A stretch of 61,077 nucleotides of DNA from an uncultured Candidatus Saccharibacteria bacterium (GCA_964534465.1 CAZHOB010000004.1:1-61077); one strand, 5' to 3'; positions 8,332 to 17,287 are shown, counted from the first letter of the stretch. A program made the numbers and translations. Notes: generated by a model from the letters alone, not told the origin.

Positions 8332-8571
8332 ATGCGTGCACTTCTGATGGGAATGCTGATAGCTGCCTCGCTATCGCCCGCTTTTGCCCAGCTCGATGGC
8401 ATGCAGGAGCTGTCGCAATTCGTGCAAAAGTTCAACGAGAAGTCGCGGGCCGCGGTCGAGGAATATCATCGCACGGGCGATCATGCCAGATACAAGCGGA
8501 CCATCGAACCGCTCCTCGATGAATTGCAGCAGAAGATCGTCCCGTTGAAAAATGGAACACTCCAGTACTAA
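8332..8571 (+). CDS. Small secreted protein (79 aa)
   Basis: GGAGAGAAGG upstream of the ATG. Signal-peptide-like MRALLMGMLIAASLSPAFAQ. Confidence 0.55.
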   Translation: MRALLMGMLIAASLSPAFAQLDGMQELSQFVQKFNEKSRAAVEEYHRTGDHARYKRTIEPLLDELQQKIVPLKNGTLQY

Positions 8572-8659
8572 GTTCCTTCGATGTGGCCTGCGATGAGCGG
8601 GCCTTTTCTTTTTGTGCTCTCCATTGTAGTGTCTCCGCAGAAAAGATAGGAGAATAGCG

Positions 8660-9868
8660 ATGCGTGTACTTGCAGCTTTGTTCGCTGTGGTCTTGGCGGG
8701 CTCGGCTTTCGCCGAAAGCCCATGCAGTAATGTAGACTTTGAACTCTCGGAGCAGTGCGTAGCAAGCTACGGTGTGGCGGGACAATTGGCCACCTTCAAA
8801 GAGAGGGTGGTCGAGGCGCAGCGGCTGTACGGCACTCGTTACGAGGTGCGCGTCCATGCCTTCGGCAGCACGTCATACAGCAAATTCAACGGCACAACGG
8901 ACGATGTTTTCTCGTATGTCGCCACTGATGAGAATCTGTTGCCGGAGGCGCTCGACATCTATGTGAAATGGACGTTCCTCGCGCAGCAGCCGGAGGTGCT
9001 CTTCGAGCATGCGGCGCGGCACGAAGTGGCGCACATGATGAACGGCGACGTGCCCGGGTATCGGCCCAACGGCGCGAGCACCGAGGCGGCCGCCGAGCAC
9101 CGCGTGCTTGAGCTTGTTGGAGAAGCGCACTATCGCGAATACCTTCGCGCGTATCGCGAATATCAGCCCACGCAGGTGAAGGACATCGAAGCGTTCGTGC
9201 ATGTGGTCAGAGCCGCGACGCCAAAGGTCGAGGAGCGCATCGATGATGCCGACAGAAAGGCCGCGGAATATTTCCGTACGCTGACCGATGGCAAAGAGCA
9301 TCTCTTGATCTACGACGGAGCCGAGCTCCACGATGTTACTCGGGTCTCCGACGCTATAGGAGTGCAAGACTTCAACGTCCGCGCGTTCGACGACATGGTC
9401 GCACGGTCGACCTCGATAGTCATATTCCACAATCATCCATTGTCAGACGTCGCGAAGATGTACCCTTCGCCCATCGACTTCGGCGGTGTGCCGGCATTTC
9501 TTTTCGACGCGTTCACGGTGAACCCGAACATTCGCGTGGAATTCCGTCTGATACAGATCGGGAGCGGCGCGTCCATCGAGTACGGTCTGCGCTCGCAGCA
9601 AGTGCAGAAGTTCAAAGAGATGGCGCTCGCGATGAAAGCCGATCCATCCAAAGAAGAAAAAATCTTGGATGAACTCGGATTGCGCAGATTTGGCGTGAGG
9701 ATGGACAGTCTCTATAGTTATATCGCGTATGCAGCCGTGCCCGAGCGGGATGTCGGGCGTGTTCACGAGACGCAGATCTACGAAGGTCTCACCGTGCATC
9801 CCAAGTACTTCATCCGCTCGAATGAAAATTACTTCCTGCGGTACCGCGGAAGTATTCAAGCCCCGTAG
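8660..9868 (+). CDS. Secreted two-module protein: HExxH metalloprotease-like N-half and JAB/MPN (JAMM)-like C-half
   Basis: AGGAG SD and signal peptide MRVLAALFAVVLAGSAFA. Motifs HEVAHMMNGD and IFHNHPLSDVAKMYPSPID (H-x-H ... S-x-x-D). Terminator at 9898-9928. Confidence 0.6.
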   Translation: MRVLAALFAVVLAGSAFAESPCSNVDFELSEQCVASYGVAGQLATFKERVVEAQRLYGTRYEVRVHAFGSTSYSKFNGTTDDVFSYVATDENLLPEALDIYVKWTFLAQQPEVLFEHAARHEVAHMMNGDVPGYRPNGASTEAAAEHRVLELVGEAHYREYLRAYREYQPTQVKDIEAFVHVVRAATPKVEERIDDADRKAAEYFRTLTDGKEHLLIYDGAELHDVTRVSDAIGVQDFNVRAFDDMVARSTSIVIFHNHPLSDVAKMYPSPIDFGGVPAFLFDAFTVNPNIRVEFRLIQIGSGASIEYGLRSQQVQKFKEMALAMKADPSKEEKILDELGLRRFGVRMDSLYSYIAYAAVPERDVGRVHETQIYEGLTVHPKYFIRSNENYFLRYRGSIQAP

Positions 9869-10021
9869 GCAAGGAGTAGGATTGAACAGCTCTTTTACTC
9901 AGCGGCCACTTCGGTGGCCGCTTTTTCTTTGAAACGAAGAGTCCTACAATGTATTGCGAGGAAGTCAATACTGTGTTTGAGTGTGTGCAGAACACAGTGC
10001 GACTCACAGATGGAGGAGACG

Positions 10022-10708
10022 ATGACCGCTGAGGTGGTGCTTTCCCAGATCGAGATGGAGCGGCAGTTCGAGGAGCTTCTCGCCTTCTGCCGCAAGCAGA
10101 TAGAGCGGGACAAGATTTTTTCAGGGTACACATTCGGGGTCGGGGAAGACGGCAAGGTGTCGATCAAGCCGCTGAAGCTCCGCGAGAGCAATGGCGATGA
10201 GATCGATATCGCGCAGAACTCGCGTTCGTTGCTCGCATCCAACCGACAGCTGCGGCATTCGCTTGGCGAACATTTCAAAATGGACGCGAAGGAATGGAAC
10301 TCGTCGCACATCGGCATGATGGTGAAGCACGTCGATGAAATATTGCGCGACGAGACTTTCAAGGTGGAGCAGTATCTTCGGGGAGATGAGAGGAGCGTTT
10401 ACAACCTGCTCATGATGGGCCTCTGCTCCGATCAGTTGCTGAAGCTCAGCAAATTCATCGACTCGGCGTCTTTCAAATGGTCGTGGCGAAGCCGGAAGAT
10501 GCGCAAGCTTAACGAATGTGCCATGGAATTTTTCGCGCTCGAAATGCTTCAGCGCGAAAGACAGGCGGTACACGTCATCGTTGAGACGATACTCTCGTTC
10601 GGCGAGCTCCGAAGAAAGCGCCCCGACAGTGAAGAGGCGCAGGAGTACGCCAAACAGCTCGTCGAGAAACGCATGCTTGATGTGCTCAAGATAGCCTTTG
10701 GTGATTGA
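10022..10708 (+). CDS. Hypothetical protein
   Basis: Start chosen at the ATG 4 nt after GGAGGA (MTAEVVLSQIEMERQFEELLAF...); 10010 is an alternative start. Terminator at 10722-10752. Confidence 0.5.
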   Translation: MTAEVVLSQIEMERQFEELLAFCRKQIERDKIFSGYTFGVGEDGKVSIKPLKLRESNGDEIDIAQNSRSLLASNRQLRHSLGEHFKMDAKEWNSSHIGMMVKHVDEILRDETFKVEQYLRGDERSVYNLLMMGLCSDQLLKLSKFIDSASFKWSWRSRKMRKLNECAMEFFALEMLQRERQAVHVIVETILSFGELRRKRPDSEEAQEYAKQLVEKRMLDVLKIAFGD

Positions 10709-10813
10709 GCACAGCCTTCTTGAGCCCCGCCACATCGGGGCTCTTGTTTTTTGGAAAAAAAGAAATACCGCGTATTCACATCTTGCCTGAATTTGGAATG
10801 ATATTATTTCGGT

Positions 10814-11164
10814 ATGAAAGGGATGGAGCACGTGCCTCAAAAAAAGCTCGAGAGCACCGAAGACATCGAGGCTCTTTCCTCTGCGGCCGTCCTCTACGAT
10901 GGCGAGCTCTTCACTGGCGAGAATCACGGGCAGATACGCGAAGAGATAGTCGAGAAGTACCGTACCTTCGATTACGCGCTCGTGAAAGAGGGGTTTCGCA
11001 CGACCGACGGCAGGTTCGTAGAGCGCAAAGAGGCGACCGGCATTGCTCGCAATGCGGGGCAACTCAAGTACGAACCCTTGGATGGAAAACTGCGCAGCAA
11101 CGAAATTTCACGATACAAAGAACCCGTCTCGAGGCAGATACTTATCGACTACGGCGAACGATGA
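10814..11164 (+). CDS. Hypothetical protein (116 aa)
   Basis: ORF followed by the terminator aaaacccccggctagccgggggtt. TATTAT lies 6 nt upstream of the ATG, so it may be leaderless. Confidence 0.5.
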   Translation: MKGMEHVPQKKLESTEDIEALSSAAVLYDGELFTGENHGQIREEIVEKYRTFDYALVKEGFRTTDGRFVERKEATGIARNAGQLKYEPLDGKLRSNEISRYKEPVSRQILIDYGER

Positions 11165-11278
11165 AAACCCCCGGCTAGCCGGGGGTTCGTTTCGTTCAGA
11201 AGATCAGCAGGGTCGGGTCGGGGCACTTTCTGGCCCTGCGTGTACAATGGTCTACGCATATCTGTTGTCAACGTGATA

Positions 11279-11307
11279 TTGCATTTAAAGGAAGGATAGT
11301 GCATACT
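11279..11307 (+). promoter_or_regulatory. Candidate sigma70-type promoter for rpsJ
   Basis: TTGCAT-17 nt-CATACT. A leader hairpin ctccgac...gtcggag overlaps the GGAGG before the ATG at 11349. Confidence 0.3.
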
Positions 11308-11348
11308 CCATTCGTTCTCCGACGCGCAAGCGGTCGGAGGCGAGACCT

Positions 11349-11756
11349 ATGACAGCAGAAGCAGCAGCCAAGAAACCGCGCGCTACGCGCGCTCCCGCCA
11401 AGAAGGCGGACACTTCCGCTGCGCCCGCTCCTCGCTCCAAGAAGTCCGACACGCACCGCCTGCGCATTCGCGTGCGTGCTTACGAGCACGGCGTACTCGA
11501 CCTTTCCGTCAAGCAAATAATCGATACTGCCGCTCGCTACAACGCCGAAGTTGTCGGCCCCGTGCCGCTCCCTATCGATATCAAGAAATACACCGTCAAT
11601 CGCGCCGCCTTTATAGACAAAGACTCTCGCGAACAGTTCGAAATGCGCATCCACAAACGCATGATAGACATCCTCAACCCCGCACCCAAGGTCATCGAAG
11701 CGCTCACTAATATCGACCTTCCATCGGGTGTGAGCATTGATGTCAAAATGATGTAA
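11349..11756 (+). CDS. rpsJ: 30S ribosomal protein S10 with a ~34-aa Ala/Lys/Pro-rich N-terminal extension
   Basis: HRLRIRVRAYEHGVLDLSVKQIIDTAARYNAEVVGPVPLPIDIKKYTVNRAAFIDKDSREQFEMRIHKRMIDI...LPSGVSIDVKMM*. Confidence 0.93.
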   Translation: MTAEAAAKKPRATRAPAKKADTSAAPAPRSKKSDTHRLRIRVRAYEHGVLDLSVKQIIDTAARYNAEVVGPVPLPIDIKKYTVNRAAFIDKDSREQFEMRIHKRMIDILNPAPKVIEALTNIDLPSGVSIDVKMM

Positions 11757-11763
11757 TCCGGCG

Positions 11764-11783
11764 CCTGCCTGCCGGCAGGCAGG
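11764..11783. repeat. Perfect 20-nt palindrome CCTGCCTGCCGGCAGGCAGG (family copy 1)
   Basis: Read directly from the sequence. The same core recurs at 57376-57399 (24-nt perfect) and, imperfectly, at 40187-40222. Confidence 0.85.
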
Positions 11784-11809
11784 TCTCCATCGACGTGAAG
11801 ATGATGTAA
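11783..11809 (+). repeat. Orphan duplicate of the rpsJ 3' end
   Basis: gtctccatcgacgtgaagatgatgtaa encodes VSIDVKMM*, identical in peptide to the real rpsJ tail (11730-11756) but with synonymous differences. Confidence 0.8.
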
Positions 11810-11870
11810 GAGTTGTATTTGACAAAAGCCACATAAGAGGGTAAAACCTCTGCAGGAAAGGGAGGTTTGA

Positions 11871-12107
11871 ATGAAAACCCTCATTGGTATTCTCGTTCTT
11901 GTCGCTCTCAGTGGAGCGGCATACGCTGAGACTCGCGCAGGGTTCTGCGCTTCGCGTCAGGCCCGTTTTCAGCAGGGCTGCATGGGCAAAATAGGGGCGA
12001 GCGTCCTCTCTTGTCAGGAATCGGCGCAGATCAGGTACCGCTCCTGCCTGCAAACAGGCTGCTGGCCCTGGGAGAGCGGCCCCGTTTGTCCTCCGGGACT
12101 CAGATGA
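11871..12107 (+). CDS. Small secreted Cys-rich protein (78 aa, 7 Cys)
   Basis: GGAGG SD and signal peptide MKTLIGILVLVALSGAAYA. Terminator at 12116-12146. Confidence 0.55.
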   Translation: MKTLIGILVLVALSGAAYAETRAGFCASRQARFQQGCMGKIGASVLSCQESAQIRYRSCLQTGCWPWESGPVCPPGLR

Positions 12108-12264
12108 GCACATTCGCAGGTTGCCGAGAGGCAACCTGCTTTTTTTGAGGCGGTGGTGCCAAGCTTGAACCATTACGTGAAAGTTGACTGTTTTCTATTG
12201 TGTGTTAGACTACTTTGAGTCTTGAAGTCGCAGAGATCTGCGACGGGACAAAAGGGAGTGGAGC

Positions 12265-12468
12265 ATGAAGTTCATCTTTCCGGCACTGATCGCGCTCACG
12301 ATCTTCGCCCCGACAGCGTACGCCGGCCCAAGGGCTGATGCAGCGGTAGCCTGCCATCAATACGCTGCTCAGGACCCTGTCTACAAGGCAACCGGCCGGC
12401 GAAGCGTCGCCTACGGCCAGCGATTCATGTCGTGCATGCAGAGCAAGGGCTTCGGGCCGCCCTACTAA
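12265..12468 (+). CDS. Small secreted protein (67 aa)
   Basis: SD GGGAGTGGAG and signal peptide MKFIFPALIALTIFAPTAYA. The terminator at 12477-12508 shares the gcaggttgcc stem with the previous one. Confidence 0.55.
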   Translation: MKFIFPALIALTIFAPTAYAGPRADAAVACHQYAAQDPVYKATGRRSVAYGQRFMSCMQSKGFGPPY

Positions 12469-12511
12469 AGGCTGACAGCAGGTTGCCGCACAGCGACAAC
12501 CTGCTTTTAAT

Positions 12512-13426
12512 TTGGTATGCATTGGCTACAATGGCAGGGTGTATGCTTTTGATTATGGCTGGAACACCTCGGGCTCGACAGAGTCGTTTTTTTTGAAGTA
12601 TCGTCCGTGCACACGCACGCCCGGTTCGTGGAGGGAAGAAATAGATAAAGCCGCGCTTATGATCGCCAATAAAGCGCAAAAGCCTCTCTGGATATATTTT
12701 GCCGGCGGAATGGAAGGGGAGATACTCTGCAGTGCCTTTGAGCGTCTCGGCATACATTTCTCGGTGTTGCTGATAAAAAATCAGACGGATGCAAATCGTC
12801 GCAACGTGCTCTATGCGCAAAAGTGGTGCTATGACCATGGCATTGAGTGCAGGGTAGTGCCCGTCGACATCGTCAGCTTTTTTGAAAGCGATATCGAGCG
12901 TTATATAGGGGACTCTTTGATATCGCTCACACTGTACCGTTATTGGCAGATCAAAGTACTCGAGGTCATCGACGAGCTTGGCGGCTGTGCGGTGATGGCC
13001 GAGGGCAAGCAAATCTTCCAATTGAAACAGGCCGCTCCTGCGCACGAGGAAGATGTGGAGATCAATTTTGACGCGGGCATCGCAGCGCCGCTCGAGTGGT
13101 GCAGGCGGGCCGGCCAGTTCCATATACCGTATTTCTTTTCATCCACGCCTGAGCTCGTGCGCTCGTATCTCAACATACCCGTCATTGAAAGTGCTCTCCT
13201 GCACCCGGAGACGTTGGTCAGTAAACACAACAAGCATGCGATCATGCGCATCGCGATCCGCACATACTTTCCCGAATTGGAAACCCCTTATATGCCCAAT
13301 GCGTTCGGTCTTCGTGGAACTATGGGCGCGAAGAAACAAGCGCAGCTGCAGGAGCGATTCGCACATATTTCGCAACGCTTCAGGCTTTCAGTGCCCGCAC
13401 TCAAGCAGCAACTAAGTGGTCATTGA
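12512..13426 (+). CDS. PP-loop ATPase-like protein with a degenerate motif (paralogue of 22576..23457)
   Basis: Aligns to the paralogue (CTRTPGSWREE vs CTREPLPWREE). The PP-loop position reads FAGGMEGE instead of SSGGIDSE. Non-ATG (TTG) start as given in the ORF track, so the start is uncertain. Confidence 0.55.
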   Translation: MVCIGYNGRVYAFDYGWNTSGSTESFFLKYRPCTRTPGSWREEIDKAALMIANKAQKPLWIYFAGGMEGEILCSAFERLGIHFSVLLIKNQTDANRRNVLYAQKWCYDHGIECRVVPVDIVSFFESDIERYIGDSLISLTLYRYWQIKVLEVIDELGGCAVMAEGKQIFQLKQAAPAHEEDVEINFDAGIAAPLEWCRRAGQFHIPYFFSSTPELVRSYLNIPVIESALLHPETLVSKHNKHAIMRIAIRTYFPELETPYMPNAFGLRGTMGAKKQAQLQERFAHISQRFRLSVPALKQQLSGH

Positions 13427-14517
13427 TCTCCTGACTTTACGATAGCGATGTGTTCTTCTATCCCGCGTGCACAGACCGGCGTGAGGGTGGTGTCTTTCAG
13501 GCCAGCGCAAAATGCCCGCACGGCGGAGCTATCGCCCATCGCAGAAATGTACGTCATGCCGTAGATGCATGAATTTCGCTGGTAGGTTTCTGAAAAATGC
13601 TCACATACCGCCTCGGCGGCAGCAGGATTTGAAATGACGAGCGGTGCGTTATGAAACCCTATACCCTCAAAGCAATCCGTTTTGCCGGCGGCATCCCGCA
13701 CGCTCTCGCAGGCAGACTTTTGCTGCGCGAGCGTTTGCTCTTGCGAGGAACCTGCTTCCTCAAAGATGCGGTCTTGCAGCTTGGGCAAGAACGTAAAACA
13801 CGCGTGGAGTTCGTCACGGGGGGCCTTGTCGCACGGGTAGAGAACGTCACTGCGATCAAAAAGGCCCAGCGATGCCTCGCGATCGTACACATCGAACGCA
13901 TTTTCCATGTAGATACCACGAAAGCAGGCATTCGCTTGACTCCTGTCGTGTGCGATCTTCCGGCACAGTGCCGTAGAAGAGGCGATAGAGTTTAGTTCCT
14001 GGAACAGCACATGGCCGATGCCATGGCAGGTAACGATGTTCTGACACAGGCGGCCCCCGAGAGCGGTGATCTCGGGCATGCCCATGTGTGCGAGGTCCAC
14101 GTCAACGGTCGTCGTTCCAATCTGCTCTCGGAACGCCTCGCCGATCGCGCCGTGAGCGCACCCTTGCCCGCACACGTTGCCACAGAGTGCCATCGTATGT
14201 TCCAGATCCTTCTCACTGGAATAGAGCTGCGCACCCACCACGTGCGATATCAAATGGCACCGCAACGGGTCGACCGAGCTTTCAATGTATCCTTCGGCGT
14301 CGTGCGGGGCATAAGAAGCAAGAATGTTCTGTACCGCTTCCTGAATGCACGGCGAATCCTCGTATGTGGCGTGCGGACTATGCAAAGGGCACTGCGATAT
14401 GAGGCGCTGCACTTTTTGCGCAGGTGAGAGGGAGGGGCGAAACGCAAAAAAAACGAGCACCCCCAGCATGAGCACGCAGAGTGCCACTATCTTCCGGAGC
14501 CTCTGCGCGTGTCCCAT
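13420..14517 (-). CDS. Membrane-anchored Cys-pair/His-rich repeat protein, paralogue 1 of 3, function unknown
   Basis: N-terminal TM helix, then repeated C-x(6-12)-C-x-x-G units. Examples: RCHLISHVVG, CGQGCAHGAIGEAF, CHGIGHVLFQ, CFRGIYMENAF, CFEGIGFH, CIYGMTYI. Confidence 0.65.
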   Translation of the reverse strand: MGHAQRLRKIVALCVLMLGVLVFFAFRPSLSPAQKVQRLISQCPLHSPHATYEDSPCIQEAVQNILASYAPHDAEGYIESSVDPLRCHLISHVVGAQLYSSEKDLEHTMALCGNVCGQGCAHGAIGEAFREQIGTTTVDVDLAHMGMPEITALGGRLCQNIVTCHGIGHVLFQELNSIASSTALCRKIAHDRSQANACFRGIYMENAFDVYDREASLGLFDRSDVLYPCDKAPRDELHACFTFLPKLQDRIFEEAGSSQEQTLAQQKSACESVRDAAGKTDCFEGIGFHNAPLVISNPAAAEAVCEHFSETYQRNSCIYGMTYISAMGDSSAVRAFCAGLKDTTLTPVCARGIEEHIAIVKSGDQ

Positions 14518-14521
14518 AACC

Positions 14522-16189
14522 CTAGACGAGTTCGCGCGTCGAAAGATGCGTGAGTATACGTGCCGCGGCAGCTTCTGCCGAAGTCTCCGTCGTGTCTATA
14601 CGTATGTCGGGATCCTCGGGTGCCTCGTACGCATCATCAACGCCGGTAAAATCTTTGAGGTTGCCGCTGCGCGCCTTCTTGTAGAGACCCTTTGGATCAC
14701 GTTTTTCGCAGATGGACAGCGGTGTATCGATGAACACTTCGATATAGGTGCCGTTGGCAGCGATAAGCCGGCGATTTTTTGCGCGAGCGTGCGCGTAAGG
14801 GGCTATGGCGGCACACAGGGCAATACCTCCGTGTTTGGCTATTTCTCCGGCAACGAAACCGATGCGCTCTATATTGATATTGCGGTCTTCTTTGCTAAAA
14901 CCGAGCCCGCGCGAGAGGTTATTTCGCACGACGTCCCCGTCCAAAAGAGTAACGGAACGATGCGAGCACTCGAGCAGGGCATGGTAGAGCCTCAGAGCGA
15001 TGGTCGATTTGCCTGCGCCCGAATAGCCGGTAAAAAATACTACGGTGCCGCGCAGTTTTTCTTTTGCCATTGCGCGCCGGAGCTCTTCCACGACCTCGGG
15101 AAATGAGAACCACGCAGGTATTTCTTTTCCGGCGCGGAGCATTGCGCGGAACTGCGTCCCCGAAATACGGGAAGGCGTGCGATCCCCAAGCTCATCGAGG
15201 CACATGTACTTTTGCTCAGCCTCGACGTACACCAACTCCTCGGTGGGCAGTATCTTGATGCTGAGTGCGCGCTCGTGCTGCAGTGCCGCTGCTTGCGCAG
15301 CGTATGGTCCGTAAAATGGCGCACCATTTTTACCGGCCGCTCCCGCGTGGTCGCGTCCGACGATAAAATGTGTGGCGCCGTAATTTTTTCTGATCAGCGC
15401 ATGCCAGATGGCCTCACGGGGCCCTGCCATGCGCATCGCGATAGGGAGGAGTGCGAGCAATGCATGGTCTTTGAAATATGTCCCTGCGAGGCGTTTGTAA
15501 CTGCGCACGCGCGTTACGTAGTCGATGTCGCCTTCTTTGGTCGGTCCTGTGACCGGATGTACGAGGGCTTTTCCACCCACCTTTTTGAGAGCGCGCATGA
15601 TTATCTCGTAGTGCGCGCGATGGATGGGATTACGCGTTTGGAACGCGACAACGATATCCCACCCCCTCTTTTGAAATTCTTTTTTGAGCTCGTTCGGCCT
15701 GAACCTCAAGTCCTTGAAATCATGTGCGGGTGAATAGCGAATGAGTTCTACGGGCCCGCCAAGATACAAATTGCCGGTGTCCTCCATGAGATAGCGCACG
15801 CCGGGATGCTCAAGGCTTTCTGTGCCATACACAAGGCGCGCTTCACGCGATTTGTCCGGCTGGTAAATGCTCAAAATGGTAAAGAACGCTATCGGGTCGC
15901 CGTAGATGTCGCACAGTATGACTTTCTCATCGAGCATGGGAGCGGAAGCGCTCTGCGTGTCGAGTACGATAGGTATCGGGAAGAGCGTACCGTCGGAAAG
16001 TCGAGAGTGCAGGACGACGGAGTCGTAGTCTTTTTCATTCAGAAATCCGGACAATGGCGCAAATCCGCCGCACAGTATCTGCTCGAGATCGAGCCGTTGC
16101 CGCTCAGTCAGCGTAATGCGTCGCAGCTCCGGAAGCGGGGCGGTGCCTACGGAAAACGCGAGCGCGGAACGTTCCATACGTGGATTCAT
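14522..16189 (-). CDS. Bifunctional sulfate adenylyltransferase / adenylylsulfate kinase (PAPS synthase-type fusion)
   Basis: ATP-sulfurylase motifs QTRNPIHRAHYEI, HPVTGPTKEGDIDY and VGRDHAG. The C-terminal APS-kinase P-loop reads FFTGYSGAGKSTIA. Confidence 0.88.
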   Translation of the reverse strand: MNPRMERSALAFSVGTAPLPELRRITLTERQRLDLEQILCGGFAPLSGFLNEKDYDSVVLHSRLSDGTLFPIPIVLDTQSASAPMLDEKVILCDIYGDPIAFFTILSIYQPDKSREARLVYGTESLEHPGVRYLMEDTGNLYLGGPVELIRYSPAHDFKDLRFRPNELKKEFQKRGWDIVVAFQTRNPIHRAHYEIIMRALKKVGGKALVHPVTGPTKEGDIDYVTRVRSYKRLAGTYFKDHALLALLPIAMRMAGPREAIWHALIRKNYGATHFIVGRDHAGAAGKNGAPFYGPYAAQAAALQHERALSIKILPTEELVYVEAEQKYMCLDELGDRTPSRISGTQFRAMLRAGKEIPAWFSFPEVVEELRRAMAKEKLRGTVVFFTGYSGAGKSTIALRLYHALLECSHRSVTLLDGDVVRNNLSRGLGFSKEDRNINIERIGFVAGEIAKHGGIALCAAIAPYAHARAKNRRLIAANGTYIEVFIDTPLSICEKRDPKGLYKKARSGNLKDFTGVDDAYEAPEDPDIRIDTTETSAEAAAARILTHLSTRELV

Positions 16190-16195
16190 TCTATG

Positions 16196-17278
16196 CTACT
16201 GCGGGTTGTCTTCAAGTGCTTGGCCCATACTCGGATCCTCGCGGCGCGCGGCAGTGATGTTCGCGACATTTCGCTCGCACGCCGCCTGCAGATTGCCGAG
16301 GCCCCTGCAGGCACGTTTGGCAAATGAGAGCGGTCGAAAATAGCTGAAATGAGCGCCTGCCGTTATCTGACAATCAAATCGCGTCACGGGGTCGGTGGCA
16401 ATGGCGTCACATATTTTTACGGTCTTGTCAGGGTCATCGTTGGTCAAGAACTGAATGTTGGTCGCTATTCCGCGGACGCACCACCTATAGACTGATGCAT
16501 CGCCGGGCATTAGTTTGCACCACGCGCCCATTTTTTTTGCCATTGCGATGTCGTCGGCATTGTGGAAAACGAACATCCACCACATGGGCTGCCAATATAC
16601 GCACGCGGACCTGTCACCGATGTCTTTGATGCTCGCGCAAGGCTGGAGCGGATGTTTCGGATCACCTCGCATAGGAATGTAATCTCCCTCGCCCTGCATA
16701 AACCTCATCAAATACTCCATGAACAAGCCCCCCGAACAGCCTCTCACCTGATCCGTACTTGGTTTTAGTGATTTACATACGGCGAGCGCTTTCTGTACGT
16801 CCGCCGTGGTATATCCGATCGCATTCAGAATGCCGTGGCCGATGCCGTGCCGGCATTGGAAAGGTGTCACAGACTTGGAACACGCATCGCTCAAAAGTTG
16901 CACTGAATCTATACCGCCGCTCCGTATCGCCTGCGTCATGAACGCATGAAAACATCCGTACTCGAATCTGTCGTCGCATACGCGGACGCCGGAAATTCCC
17001 TCCACTTGGTACAATGCCTCCCCGAATATATGTGATTCAATGTGTTGTTGATTCGCGATCAGCGATCTGACGGACTTGGCGAATTCCTCGTAGGTGGCAC
17101 TACCGCCGACGTCTTTGATCCTGCTCTGCCAATGCATCAGTTTTTGCGCGTACGACATCCCTTTCAGGTCGACCACCGATCCCAGATGCGGATATATCGC
17201 GCCGGCATAGAGGCACACGGCGATCAATGCCATGGACAGCGCGATCAGTACGAGATGTTTTTTTAGGAATTCGCGCAT
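16196..17278 (-). CDS. Membrane-anchored Cys-pair/His-rich repeat protein, paralogue 2 of 3
   Basis: N-terminal TM helix. Motifs GCFHAFMTQ, CRHGIGHGILNAIG, CSGGLFMEYL, CVYWQPMWW, CVRGIATN. Stop lies 6 nt from the next start. Confidence 0.65.
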   Translation of the reverse strand: MREFLKKHLVLIALSMALIAVCLYAGAIYPHLGSVVDLKGMSYAQKLMHWQSRIKDVGGSATYEEFAKSVRSLIANQQHIESHIFGEALYQVEGISGVRVCDDRFEYGCFHAFMTQAIRSGGIDSVQLLSDACSKSVTPFQCRHGIGHGILNAIGYTTADVQKALAVCKSLKPSTDQVRGCSGGLFMEYLMRFMQGEGDYIPMRGDPKHPLQPCASIKDIGDRSACVYWQPMWWMFVFHNADDIAMAKKMGAWCKLMPGDASVYRWCVRGIATNIQFLTNDDPDKTVKICDAIATDPVTRFDCQITAGAHFSYFRPLSFAKRACRGLGNLQAACERNVANITAARREDPSMGQALEDNPQ

Positions 17279-17287
17279 GGTGTCAAT

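Noticed and set aside
10121-11062. 313-aa minus-strand ORF; also 11268..12173 (301 aa, minus)
   Set aside because: Both are antisense to plus-strand genes that have SDs, terminators and (for rpsJ) clear homology. Their composition is Arg/Leu/Ala-rich shadow-frame sequence.
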